A DNA stretch of 64,000 nucleotides from Candidatus Ancaeobacter aquaticus. GTDB lineage: Bacteria > Auribacterota > Ancaeobacteria > Ancaeobacterales > Ancaeobacteraceae. Positions within the stretch are counted from its first letter, which is position 1. Each line of letters starts with the position of its first letter. Shown here in pieces: positions 1 through 8,539 of the stretch. Where the stretch lies: positions 1-64,000 of the forward strand of contig JAVCCP010000056.1 in NCBI GenBank assembly GCA_030765405.1, read 5' to 3'. The position numbers were made by a program, and so were the translations under genes. The notes beneath the pieces are model-generated. The model made no database searches and had not been told where the DNA came from. It was given only the letters and a program-made list of their open reading frames with translations.

Positions 1-190
1 CCGTGAACCCCTGTATTATGATTTCTCTGGGTGAAACCAGAGAAAATCTAGGGGGGATGAGCGTAATTAATGAGAGCAAAGAAATCTCTAAGAGATTTCT
101 AGGTTGAAAACAAGAGCCGTGAACCCCCTGGTGGAACAAGGGGATTGGAGTTACTCCGCGTAGGTGGCACGAAGTGATTCCTACGCGGTG
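1..190. repeat. REP/BIME-like mosaic of short hairpins
   Basis: CCGTGAACCCC at 1 and 117. Hairpins ATTTCTCTGG/CCAGAGAAAAT, AGAAATCTCT/AGAGATTTCT and CCGCGTAGG/CCTACGCGG (156-188). The last one recurs at 51123-51158. Confidence 0.65.
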
Positions 191-235
191 GAACATAATA
201 AGTCAGCAACTGAAAGATAAAAAACAACTGCAGTT

Positions 236-1210
236 TTGACAAGAAAACACTATAATATGCGTATGATGTTAACTAATTTAGATAGTATGATGATTAAGAA
301 AGTAAGAGTACTATTAGAAAAGTCTGTTAATAACCATCCTGCTGAAAGTATTCTCTTTTCAGGAGGGTTAGATACCGCTATTCTCGCTGGTATTAATAAA
401 ACTGCGCGATTGGTAACCGTTGGGTTCGAGTCCTATAGCGAAGATTATGCGTACGCCCAAAAGATTGCCCAGTGTGACGATAGAAACCTCCATCTTAAGA
501 CTGTGACTGTCGATGAAGCGTTATCAGCGATACCTCTTGTGATAAAAATCTTACAAAGCTTTGATCCTGCACTGCCTAATGACCTTGCAGTCTATTTCGG
601 ATTATTAGAGATGCAAAATTTGAAGGTACGAAGTACCATGACCGGTGATGGCGCAGATGAGCTTTTTGCGGGATATTCATATATGAAAAATATATCACCG
701 CTTGATGAATATATCGCATATATGGCTACAAAGATGTCTTTCAGCTCGAACATGCTATGTGACCATTTCGGGATTACATTATCGCAATCATTTATTGCTG
801 AAGAAGTAAAAGAATATGCGCTTACGATCCCAACGTCACTGAAGATACGAGAAGAAGATGGTGTGGAGCACGGTAAATGGATATTGCGTAAAGCGTTTGA
901 AGATATGTATCCACGAGAATGTATCTGGCAGAGCAAACGGCCATGTGAATACGGTTCAGGGATGACAAAATTATGCGATATCATAACATCTTTTATTACA
1001 AACGATGATTTTGAGAAAAAACAAAAAGAATACAATGTGAAATTTTATAATAAAGAACATCTATATTATTACGAGATATATAAAGAGGTTGTTGGTGAAG
1101 TGCCGCAACCAAAAGAAAATGAAGTCCCGTGCAATGGTTGCGGTGCTGGAGTTGAAACTCAAGCGTCACATTGTCGCGTGTGTGGATGGGTAGGTAATAA
1201 ATATGCCTAA
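236..1210 (+). CDS. Asparagine synthetase B C-terminal (adenine nucleotide alpha-hydrolase) domain protein with C-terminal Zn ribbon; no glutaminase domain
   Basis: LFSGGLDT PP-loop, TGDGADELFAGY, KWILRKAF; C-terminal CNGC-x10-CRVC. Start uncertain (ATG at 257 is an alternative). Confidence 0.8.
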   Translation: MTRKHYNMRMMLTNLDSMMIKKVRVLLEKSVNNHPAESILFSGGLDTAILAGINKTARLVTVGFESYSEDYAYAQKIAQCDDRNLHLKTVTVDEALSAIPLVIKILQSFDPALPNDLAVYFGLLEMQNLKVRSTMTGDGADELFAGYSYMKNISPLDEYIAYMATKMSFSSNMLCDHFGITLSQSFIAEEVKEYALTIPTSLKIREEDGVEHGKWILRKAFEDMYPRECIWQSKRPCEYGSGMTKLCDIITSFITNDDFEKKQKEYNVKFYNKEHLYYYEIYKEVVGEVPQPKENEVPCNGCGAGVETQASHCRVCGWVGNKYA

Positions 1211-2042
1211 AATAGCTTCGCTATTACTAATACTAACGATATGTGCACTTAACTGTCATGGGTATGCAGCGGAAAACAAAATTCCTCAAAGGATTGTTTC
1301 GTTAGGGCCGTTTATTACTGAAGAGATATATCTTTTGGGTGCAGAAGATTCCTTGGTAGGGTGCACAACGTACTGTATTAAGCCTGAAGCGGCGAAGAAA
1401 AAAGAAAAAGTGGGAACCATACTTGAAGTGAACCTTGAGAAAGTTGTCAGTCTCAATCCTGACCTTGTATTGGCGACGAGGTTAACGGATCCGCATATCA
1501 CAAAAAGGTTAGAAGATGTCGGTATACCTGTGAAGCGATTTACCTTAGCGAAAAATTTTAATGAGATGTGTGATCATTTTCTTGAGATAGGACGAATAAC
1601 CGGTAAGGAAAAGAAATCACAAGAGATTATAAATGTGGTTAGAGAGAAAGTTGATGCGATAAAGAGTAAAGTAACGAAGTTACCAAAGCCGAAAGTGTTT
1701 GTGCAGGTTGGTGCGCGACCACTTTTTACTGCCCCAAAAGATTCTTTTGTAAATACCTATATTGAATATGCGGGTGGTGATAATATTGCGCATGATGCCA
1801 TAGTTGGTTTTTATAATCGTGAAGAAGTTATAAAAAGGAATCCTGATATCATCATTATTATTACTATGGGTGTAGTGGGTGAGGAAGAAAAAGCTAATTG
1901 GCAAAAATATCATACTATTAACGCAGTAAAGAATAAGAGAATAGTTATTATTGATTCATACAAAATTGGAAGTCCTACGCCGATCAGTTTTGCTAAAACA
2001 TTAGAAGAGATGGTCTCATTGATCCATCCGGATAAAGAGTAA
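1203..2042 (+). CDS. btuF: Cobalamin/Fe-siderophore ABC transporter substrate-binding protein (BtuF-like)
   Basis: Signal peptide, PQRIVSL...TEEIYLLG, NLEKVVSLNPDLVL, EEVIKRNPDIII; operon with a permease and an ATPase. Confidence 0.8.
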   Translation: MPKIASLLLILTICALNCHGYAAENKIPQRIVSLGPFITEEIYLLGAEDSLVGCTTYCIKPEAAKKKEKVGTILEVNLEKVVSLNPDLVLATRLTDPHITKRLEDVGIPVKRFTLAKNFNEMCDHFLEIGRITGKEKKSQEIINVVREKVDAIKSKVTKLPKPKVFVQVGARPLFTAPKDSFVNTYIEYAGGDNIAHDAIVGFYNREEVIKRNPDIIIIITMGVVGEEEKANWQKYHTINAVKNKRIVIIDSYKIGSPTPISFAKTLEEMVSLIHPDKE

Positions 2043-2048
2043 GGGTAT

Positions 2049-3056
2049 ATGAAAAGAGATAAAGCGCAGTGGACACTATGGATACTAGGTTTAAGCGTGA
2101 TGGTGCTTCTTGTATCGTTCTTTTCTCTTTCGATTGGAGCGGTACATATCCCACTCAAGAAAATATTCGGGATGTTTACGGGAGCTCAAGACCCGTCTAT
2201 TTCAATTATTCTTTTTGATATTCGTCTTCCTAGAATAGTTCTAGGATGTGCTGTTGGCGGCGCGCTTGCGTTGTCGGGCGTTATTTTACAGGGCATGTTT
2301 CGTAATCCGTTAGTAGAACCCTATACATTAGGAATAGCAGGCGGTGCAGCACTCGGTGTTAGCATTAATGTTATGGCAAATTTCTATCACACGATAGGTA
2401 TTATTGCTTATCCTTTATGCGGTTTCGTAGGGTCGATAGCGGTTGTAGCGATAATGTATATATTAAGCATGAAGAAAAACATGCTTCGTATACAGGGATT
2501 GCTTTTAACCGGGGTTATGATAAGTTTTATCTGTTCATCACTCATTATGCTTATAATGGCACTTTCAAAAGCAGAAGATCTGCAGCGTATTGTTTACTGG
2601 ATGATGGGTTTTTTAGGGGATGCACAGTGGAATCTTGTTCTTATGATGGGTGTTATAGCGCTTCTAGGACTAGCTGCTTCATACATATTTTGTATTGACC
2701 TTAATGCTATGGCCCTTGGAGAGGAAGAGGCGCGTCACCTTGGAGTGCATACTGAACGGACAAAAAAAATTCTATTCTTTATTGCCGCTATTCTTATTGG
2801 CGCGAGTGTTTCTGTTACCGGTATTATTGGTTTTGTAGGGCTTGTTGTGCCGCATTTTGTGCGTTTGGTAATAGGAAGAGATCACAGAATATTGCTTATT
2901 TGTTCATTCTTATGTGGCGCGGGATTTTTGGTTTTTTGTGATACCTTTGCGCGAATAATTGTTTCACCTATTGAATTACCTGTCGGAGTGATAACCGGTA
3001 TTTGTGGCGGTACGCTCTTTATATATGCAATGTTAAAAAGGCGGGTGCAGTTATGA
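2049..3056 (+). CDS. btuC: FecCD/BtuC-family ABC permease
   Basis: IRLPRIVLG, LQGMFRNPLVEPYTLG, GEEEARHLGV, IGFVGLVVPH motifs; multiple TM segments. Confidence 0.85.
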   Translation: MKRDKAQWTLWILGLSVMVLLVSFFSLSIGAVHIPLKKIFGMFTGAQDPSISIILFDIRLPRIVLGCAVGGALALSGVILQGMFRNPLVEPYTLGIAGGAALGVSINVMANFYHTIGIIAYPLCGFVGSIAVVAIMYILSMKKNMLRIQGLLLTGVMISFICSSLIMLIMALSKAEDLQRIVYWMMGFLGDAQWNLVLMMGVIALLGLAASYIFCIDLNAMALGEEEARHLGVHTERTKKILFFIAAILIGASVSVTGIIGFVGLVVPHFVRLVIGRDHRILLICSFLCGAGFLVFCDTFARIIVSPIELPVGVITGICGGTLFIYAMLKRRVQL

Positions 3057-3841
3057 GTACAGTTCTATCAGTAAAGAATATTGAATGCGGATATGATGCA
3101 TTTAGGCTAAAAGATATTACCTTTAATGTTTGTAAAGGTGAGATACTGGGGATTATCGGGCCAAACGGATCGGGAAAAACAACACTCCTTCGCGCAATTT
3201 CAAACGAATTGCCATTGGGTAAAGGATCGATAACCTTATTTGATCGCGATGTAACGGTGCTGGGTCATAAGGAGCGTGCACGACAGGTTGCAGTTGTATC
3301 ACAAAATCAGTTAATACCGGCAATGACAGTCGAGGAATTGGTGCTTTTGGGTCGATATCCGTATAATAATTCCTTTCAATTTTATGAGTCTAAAAAAGAT
3401 ATTGAGATCGCAGAGCATGCGATGAAGATTACCGATACACTCAAGTTTAAAGATAGATATCTTGACCAGATGAGCGGGGGAGAAAAACAACTCGTCTATA
3501 TTGCTCGCGCTCTTGCACAAGAACCACGGCTCTTGATCCTTGACGAACCTACAACATTTTTGGATATTACCCATCAGGTAACGCTTCTTGATCTTGTGAG
3601 ACGGCTCAATAGAGAAATGGGGATTACGGTTATTATGGTCTTACATGATCTTAATCTTGCGGGAGAATATTGCCAGCGGCTCGTTCTTATGAATGAGGGG
3701 GCTGTTCATATCACGGGAAATCCTGATGAAGTGCTTGATTACCAGACTATTGAAGAAGTGTATAAAACCGTTGTTGTCGTAAATAAAAATCCTATCACGA
3801 ATAAACCATATGTACTGATTGTTCCCGAAGAAGCGAGGTAG
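3053..3841 (+). CDS. btuD: ABC ATPase, BtuD/FepC family
   Basis: GPNGSGKT, MSGGE, LLILDEPT, H-loop. ATG at 3053 overlaps the btuC stop (ATGA). Confidence 0.85.
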   Translation: MSTVLSVKNIECGYDAFRLKDITFNVCKGEILGIIGPNGSGKTTLLRAISNELPLGKGSITLFDRDVTVLGHKERARQVAVVSQNQLIPAMTVEELVLLGRYPYNNSFQFYESKKDIEIAEHAMKITDTLKFKDRYLDQMSGGEKQLVYIARALAQEPRLLILDEPTTFLDITHQVTLLDLVRRLNREMGITVIMVLHDLNLAGEYCQRLVLMNEGAVHITGNPDEVLDYQTIEEVYKTVVVVNKNPITNKPYVLIVPEEAR

Positions 3842-3954
3842 CTTCGCTACATTCATTCTTTAAGATAAGGGGGCAAGATACGTATTTAATATAATTAAGT
3901 TCCTATCCCTTTATATCATTATTTGAGGATCAGGTGAGTTTACCGTTTTTCCCG

Positions 3955-3983
3955 TTGACTGCTTGCTATAAGTTTTCTATCAT
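3955..3983 (+). promoter_or_regulatory. Putative sigma70 promoter of the metal-uptake locus
   Basis: TTGACT-17 bp-TATCAT, 22 bp upstream of the ATG at 4006. Confidence 0.5.
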
Positions 3984-4005
3984 CGTATCGCAAAAGAGGG
4001 ATATA

Positions 4006-4302
4006 ATGTTTCAAAATCGCACGGCAACATTTTTTGTATCTATAGGATTGATTTTCTGTCTTATTTTTGTTTTATGTGCTTCAATTCTGCATGTACACAA
4101 TGAGTCTGAGGAAGATTGTGAACATACACAATGTTCGCTATGTGTGTTTAATTGTGATAAGGCAACTTCAGATACAACTCATGCTGTAACCATTTATCTT
4201 ACTCTTTTACTTATCACTATTCTTATGATTTTTAACACGGCATGTGTTTTGAAATCCTTTAATACTACATGCTTTTCTCGAGCCCCTCCCATTGAAGCGT
4301 AA
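4006..4302 (+). CDS. DUF2946-like small membrane protein (His/Cys-rich, C-terminal RAPP)
   Basis: TM-HVH..CEHTQCSLC..TM..SRAPP. RBS GAGGG precedes ATG 4006. This type of peptide typically lies upstream of metal-uptake outer-membrane genes. Confidence 0.65.
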   Translation: MFQNRTATFFVSIGLIFCLIFVLCASILHVHNESEEDCEHTQCSLCVFNCDKATSDTTHAVTIYLTLLLITILMIFNTACVLKSFNTTCFSRAPPIEA

Positions 4303-4371
4303 TATTCTTTTACAGTCCATATGATATAGCAATGTAACTCTTTGCGGCATAACTTATAAGGAACGGAGTAT

Positions 4372-5694
4372 ATGAAAAAGATCATATATATAGTAACAGG
4401 AATAATATTTTTTTCTCTTCACTCTAGTTCTATTCAGGCGTATGAAAGCAATGATATTGATATATTGAGGAAAGAGTTTGCTCAAACGCGTGAAGAATTT
4501 AGAAAGATGCAGGGGAAGTATGAAAAAACAATAGATAGTTTGAATGCGCGTATAGAAATGCTAGAACATGTGGCAAAGAAAAAATCTATTCTTGCTCCAA
4601 AAGAGCCGTTAGTGACGCCGCCCGGCATGACACCGCCGACGCAACCTATCCGTGCAGTTTTTCCTGTTCAGGCTGGATACAGCGGTATGAGCAGATATTT
4701 TCAGAACTTTAATCCTGATATTAGTGTTATTGGTGATTTTATTTATCACTGGACTGATCAGAAACAGGATCCGGTATACGACCAGTTTCAGTTTCGTGAA
4801 CTTGAACTTGCGTTTCAGGCATATGTAGATACGTATGCTCGAGCTGATGTGTTTGCCGCGCTTCACCAGGAAGGAAACCACTGGCATTTTCATCTTGAGG
4901 AAGGGTATCTGACATTTCTTACTTTACCGTTTGATCTTCAGGCGAAAGCAGGACAGTTTCGGCCGGACTTCGGCAAGGCAAATAAATACCATATTCATTC
5001 AATGCCCTGGGTGGATTATCCAAATGTTATACAGAATTATTTTGGGTTCGAAGGTATGATGGCGCCTGGTGTGGGAGTAAGCTGGTTAGTGCCCAATCCA
5101 TGGGATCACTATATTGAGCTAATGTATGAAATGTTTAATAATACCAATGATCTCAGTTTTGCCGGTCCTGACGGCCGTGATCTTGTGTATATGACCCACA
5201 TAGAAGACAATATAGAGATTAACGATGAATCAACCGTTGAGTTTGGCGGATCGTTTGCTGTCTCACCGAGTGATGATGGGCACGGACATAATAAAACTGT
5301 AATGGAAGGCGCAGATATTACCTATAAATGGCGGCCGCTAAAAAAAGGTTTATACACATCGCTTGTGTTTCAAAATGAAGTGTTTGCGTGTCAAAAAACA
5401 TTGGTTTACGAAGACGCGCGAAACCGTCATGATTCGTGGGGTATGTATTCATCTTTGGTGTACCAATTCATGAAACGGTGGTCAGCGTTTACCCGGTATG
5501 ATTTTAGTGAGTTTCCAAATGTTTCAAGCCGGCATGAACATGCAGTATCGGGCGGCCTTACGTTTGCGCAAAGTGAGTATTGTTTTTGGCGGGTGCAGTA
5601 CAAGCACACTGAACGTAACTTTGATAAGGAAGAAAATGAGATCTGGTTACAGCTGAATTTTGGGCTTGGGCCGCACAGAAAGCATGAATATTAA
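4372..5694 (+). CDS. Outer-membrane beta-barrel/porin of a metal (Zn-type) uptake locus
   Basis: Signal peptide, N-terminal coiled coil, FNPDISVIGDF, alternating beta-strand pattern, His-rich loops, C-terminal GPHRKHEY. Confidence 0.7.
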   Translation: MKKIIYIVTGIIFFSLHSSSIQAYESNDIDILRKEFAQTREEFRKMQGKYEKTIDSLNARIEMLEHVAKKKSILAPKEPLVTPPGMTPPTQPIRAVFPVQAGYSGMSRYFQNFNPDISVIGDFIYHWTDQKQDPVYDQFQFRELELAFQAYVDTYARADVFAALHQEGNHWHFHLEEGYLTFLTLPFDLQAKAGQFRPDFGKANKYHIHSMPWVDYPNVIQNYFGFEGMMAPGVGVSWLVPNPWDHYIELMYEMFNNTNDLSFAGPDGRDLVYMTHIEDNIEINDESTVEFGGSFAVSPSDDGHGHNKTVMEGADITYKWRPLKKGLYTSLVFQNEVFACQKTLVYEDARNRHDSWGMYSSLVYQFMKRWSAFTRYDFSEFPNVSSRHEHAVSGGLTFAQSEYCFWRVQYKHTERNFDKEENEIWLQLNFGLGPHRKHEY

Positions 5695-5727
5695 AAAGGC
5701 AAAAATACAAATAAACAAATATTTTGG

Positions 5728-6678
5728 GTGCGAACTATGGATAAGGGGTGCATGATGCGAAGTATTATTATATTATTACTGTGTATGTGCTGTACGAGTA
5801 CTGTGTACGCAAAAGGCAAACTAAATGTTCTTACGACAACGCAGGATCTTGCGTCAATAGCGCGCTCTATTGGAGGAGATAAAGTTAAAGTAAGTGCATT
5901 ATGTAAAGGATATCAGGATCCCCATTCGCTTCGGGCTAAACCTTCATACATGCTTAAAGCCAAAAAAGCCGATCTTTTTATTCGAGTAGGACTTGAACTT
6001 GAGATAGGATATGAAGATCTTATTATTGACGGTTCTCGAAATAGAAAGATACGTATCGGCACATTAGGGCATCTCGATACATCTCTCGGTGTTATGCTTC
6101 TTGAAGCACCCACAACACAGCGCGTTGACCGATCAATGGGTGATGTGCACCCGATGGGGAACCCTCATTACTGGCTTGATCCTCTAAATGCAAAGATTAT
6201 TGCGGCAAATATCGCTGTGCGTTTAAGTGAGCTTTTACCAAAATATAAAGAGTATTTTTATAATAACCTTACTGATTTTGACAAAAAGATCGATGTAAAA
6301 ATGATAGAATGGACTGCTGAGCTTGCACCGTATCAAGGAGAGAAAATTGCCATATATCACCGTAGCTGGCCGTATTTTTTTCGCAGGTTTGGTCTTGTTG
6401 ATGTGTGCGAGCTCGAACCGAAACCGGGTATTTGTCCCTCACCGGGGCATCTTGCTGAGGTTATTGGTATCATGAAGCGCGATAAAGTTAAAGCAATTTT
6501 AATGGAAGTATTTTATGATGAAAAACCAGCTGATTTTGTTGCGAATGAAACCGGTGCGAAAGTGATTATTGTGCCAAACTCTGTCGGTGGAACAAAAGAA
6601 GCAAAAGATTATTTTTCTTTGATTGATACGATTGTTAATGATATCGCTTCTGCATTAAAGGGAGAAAAGACTAACTAA
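5728..6678 (+). CDS. Metal ABC transporter substrate-binding protein (ZnuA/TroA family)
   Basis: VLTTTQDLASI, QDPH, GNPHYWLDP, YHRSWPY, PSPGHL. The true start may be one of the downstream ATGs. Confidence 0.9.
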   Translation: MRTMDKGCMMRSIIILLLCMCCTSTVYAKGKLNVLTTTQDLASIARSIGGDKVKVSALCKGYQDPHSLRAKPSYMLKAKKADLFIRVGLELEIGYEDLIIDGSRNRKIRIGTLGHLDTSLGVMLLEAPTTQRVDRSMGDVHPMGNPHYWLDPLNAKIIAANIAVRLSELLPKYKEYFYNNLTDFDKKIDVKMIEWTAELAPYQGEKIAIYHRSWPYFFRRFGLVDVCELEPKPGICPSPGHLAEVIGIMKRDKVKAILMEVFYDEKPADFVANETGAKVIIVPNSVGGTKEAKDYFSLIDTIVNDIASALKGEKTN

Positions 6679-6806
6679 ACAAACATCAAATACCAGTGAC
6701 CAAATAAAAATCAATAACCAGAATATAGGATAGCGTATTTAATGAATGGTATATATTGGAAATTGAGATTTGGAATTTGGAATTTTAAATTACTGTAGGG
6801 AATTTT

Positions 6807-7640
6807 ATGGATATATTAAAGTTGATGCTTGCGCCACTTGCGATGTGTTTGGTGCTTACCGGTATACATTGTTATTTAGGGCTTCATATCGTGTCGCGCG
6901 GCGTGATATTTGTTGATCTAGCGCTTGCGCAAATTGCTGCGTTTGGCACAGCAGTAGCGCTACTCGTAGGTTTTGAAGCGGCAACAAGCGGATCGTATAT
7001 TATATCTCTTCTTTTTACATTTGTTGGGGCGGGTATTTTTTCTTTTTCACGTGTACGCGAAAAAGATGTTCCGCAGGAAGCAATAATCGGTATTGTGTAC
7101 GTTGTTTTTAGCGCTGCCGCAATACTTATTCTAGAAAAAGCGCCTCATGGACATGAAGTGATGCGTACCATGCTTATTGGCAGTGTGCTTTACACTACGT
7201 GGCCACAGGTAATGCATATACTAGGACTTTATTTAGCGATAGGCGTTTTTCATTTCATAATGAGAAAGAAATTCTTTCTAGTTTCTATGAATGTTGATGA
7301 GGCTCGTAGGCAGGGATTGTCAATACCATATTTAGATTTCTTATTTTATATGACACTCGGGTTTGTGGTGACTAGTTCGGTAAAGGTAGCGGGTGTGCTT
7401 CTCGTTTTTAGCTATCTCGTTGTTCCCGCAGTGTGTGCGATGCTCTTGGTTAAAAGAATTATCCATAGATTAATTTTAGGATGGGGTATAGGGCTTGTCG
7501 TAAGTGTCCTAGGGCTGTACGTGTCTTGTCAGTGGGATCTGCCTACGGGTGCTTCAATCGTTACCACTTTTGGTGTTGCGCTTATTGTATCAAGTTTGCT
7601 ATCGTTTATATTACATATAAAACATAAGGAAATTGTATGA
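6807..7640 (+). CDS. Metal ABC transporter permease (ZnuB/ABC-3 family)
   Basis: GLHIVSRGVIFVDLALAQ, QEAIIGIVY, GVLLVFSYLVVPA, DLPTGA. Confidence 0.9.
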   Translation: MDILKLMLAPLAMCLVLTGIHCYLGLHIVSRGVIFVDLALAQIAAFGTAVALLVGFEAATSGSYIISLLFTFVGAGIFSFSRVREKDVPQEAIIGIVYVVFSAAAILILEKAPHGHEVMRTMLIGSVLYTTWPQVMHILGLYLAIGVFHFIMRKKFFLVSMNVDEARRQGLSIPYLDFLFYMTLGFVVTSSVKVAGVLLVFSYLVVPAVCAMLLVKRIIHRLILGWGIGLVVSVLGLYVSCQWDLPTGASIVTTFGVALIVSSLLSFILHIKHKEIV

Positions 7641-8383
7641 AGTCGTTTTTAGCGAAAATATGTTCTTGGTGTCCGTGGTGTATATTTGAACGGGCATGCC
7701 CACATCTTTTTAGAAGTACGTTTTTTAAAAAACTTAAAAAGATCTGTCCGTTTTGTCGTGCGTATGAACGTGAGCGGAAACAAAGAGTTGAAGAGAACCA
7801 TGCGGTATATGAAAAACGTATGAAGTGCTATAAAGAACAGGGTCTAGCCGTTGAAAAAGTAAATGAGTTTATTATTCACTGTGCCGGTAATTTCTCTGAG
7901 CCGATACTTGATGTTGGTACAGGAAGAGGATATTTTGCGGTTGCTCTTGCTCGAACTGGTGTGAATCTTACGACAATAGACATTTCAAAGGAACAACAGC
8001 TTACCGCGAAACTGAATGCTGACTATTTTACCGTCCTAAATAATATCCGTTTTCTTATCCGAAAAGCGCATTATAGCGGATTTAAGAAAAATTCGTTTAA
8101 TACGATTTTCTGTGTTAATGCCGTTCATCATTTCGGTAAGCCATACATGGTGATAGATGAACTCGTATCATTATTAAAAGTAAACGGGAAGATGATACTT
8201 GCTGATATGGATGAAAACGGATTGCGTATCATTGATCGTATACATGCAACAGAAGGTAAAAAGCACAAAAAAGCGGGTGTAACAATAAATGATATTGAAA
8301 AGTATTTAACTGATATGCCTGGAATAATCCTATCTCGCAATGAAGAACACAATGAAATTGTCCTCACAATCGAAAAAAAGTGA
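7637..8383 (+). CDS. Class I SAM-dependent methyltransferase with Cys-rich N-terminal extension
   Basis: ILDVGTGRG, TTIDIS, NAVHHF; N-terminal CSWCPWC...CP...CPFC. Confidence 0.8.
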   Translation: MKSFLAKICSWCPWCIFERACPHLFRSTFFKKLKKICPFCRAYERERKQRVEENHAVYEKRMKCYKEQGLAVEKVNEFIIHCAGNFSEPILDVGTGRGYFAVALARTGVNLTTIDISKEQQLTAKLNADYFTVLNNIRFLIRKAHYSGFKKNSFNTIFCVNAVHHFGKPYMVIDELVSLLKVNGKMILADMDENGLRIIDRIHATEGKKHKKAGVTINDIEKYLTDMPGIILSRNEEHNEIVLTIEKK

Positions 8384-8539
8384 CTTCGTCACGTTCTCAC
8401 TTTTTGCTACTTTAGCATATTTTTCACTTCCCCCTGTAATACCAATGCGATAATGTCCTCTTTAGTATTCAGTATTAAACAATTTTATTGTATATACAAA
8501 ATATTATTGATATATTTATACTAAATAAAGAGGTATTCT

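Noticed and set aside
1..235. Cobalamin riboswitch upstream of the btu-like operon
   Set aside because: No B12-box or conserved GGGAA/ACTG core was recognisable; the hairpins look like REP-type repeats.
6690..6790. A-rich/TTGGAAT-rich intergenic tract between the binding protein and permease genes
   Set aside because: Low-complexity, imperfect pairing with no second copy noticed; not enough to call an element or an ATPase remnant.
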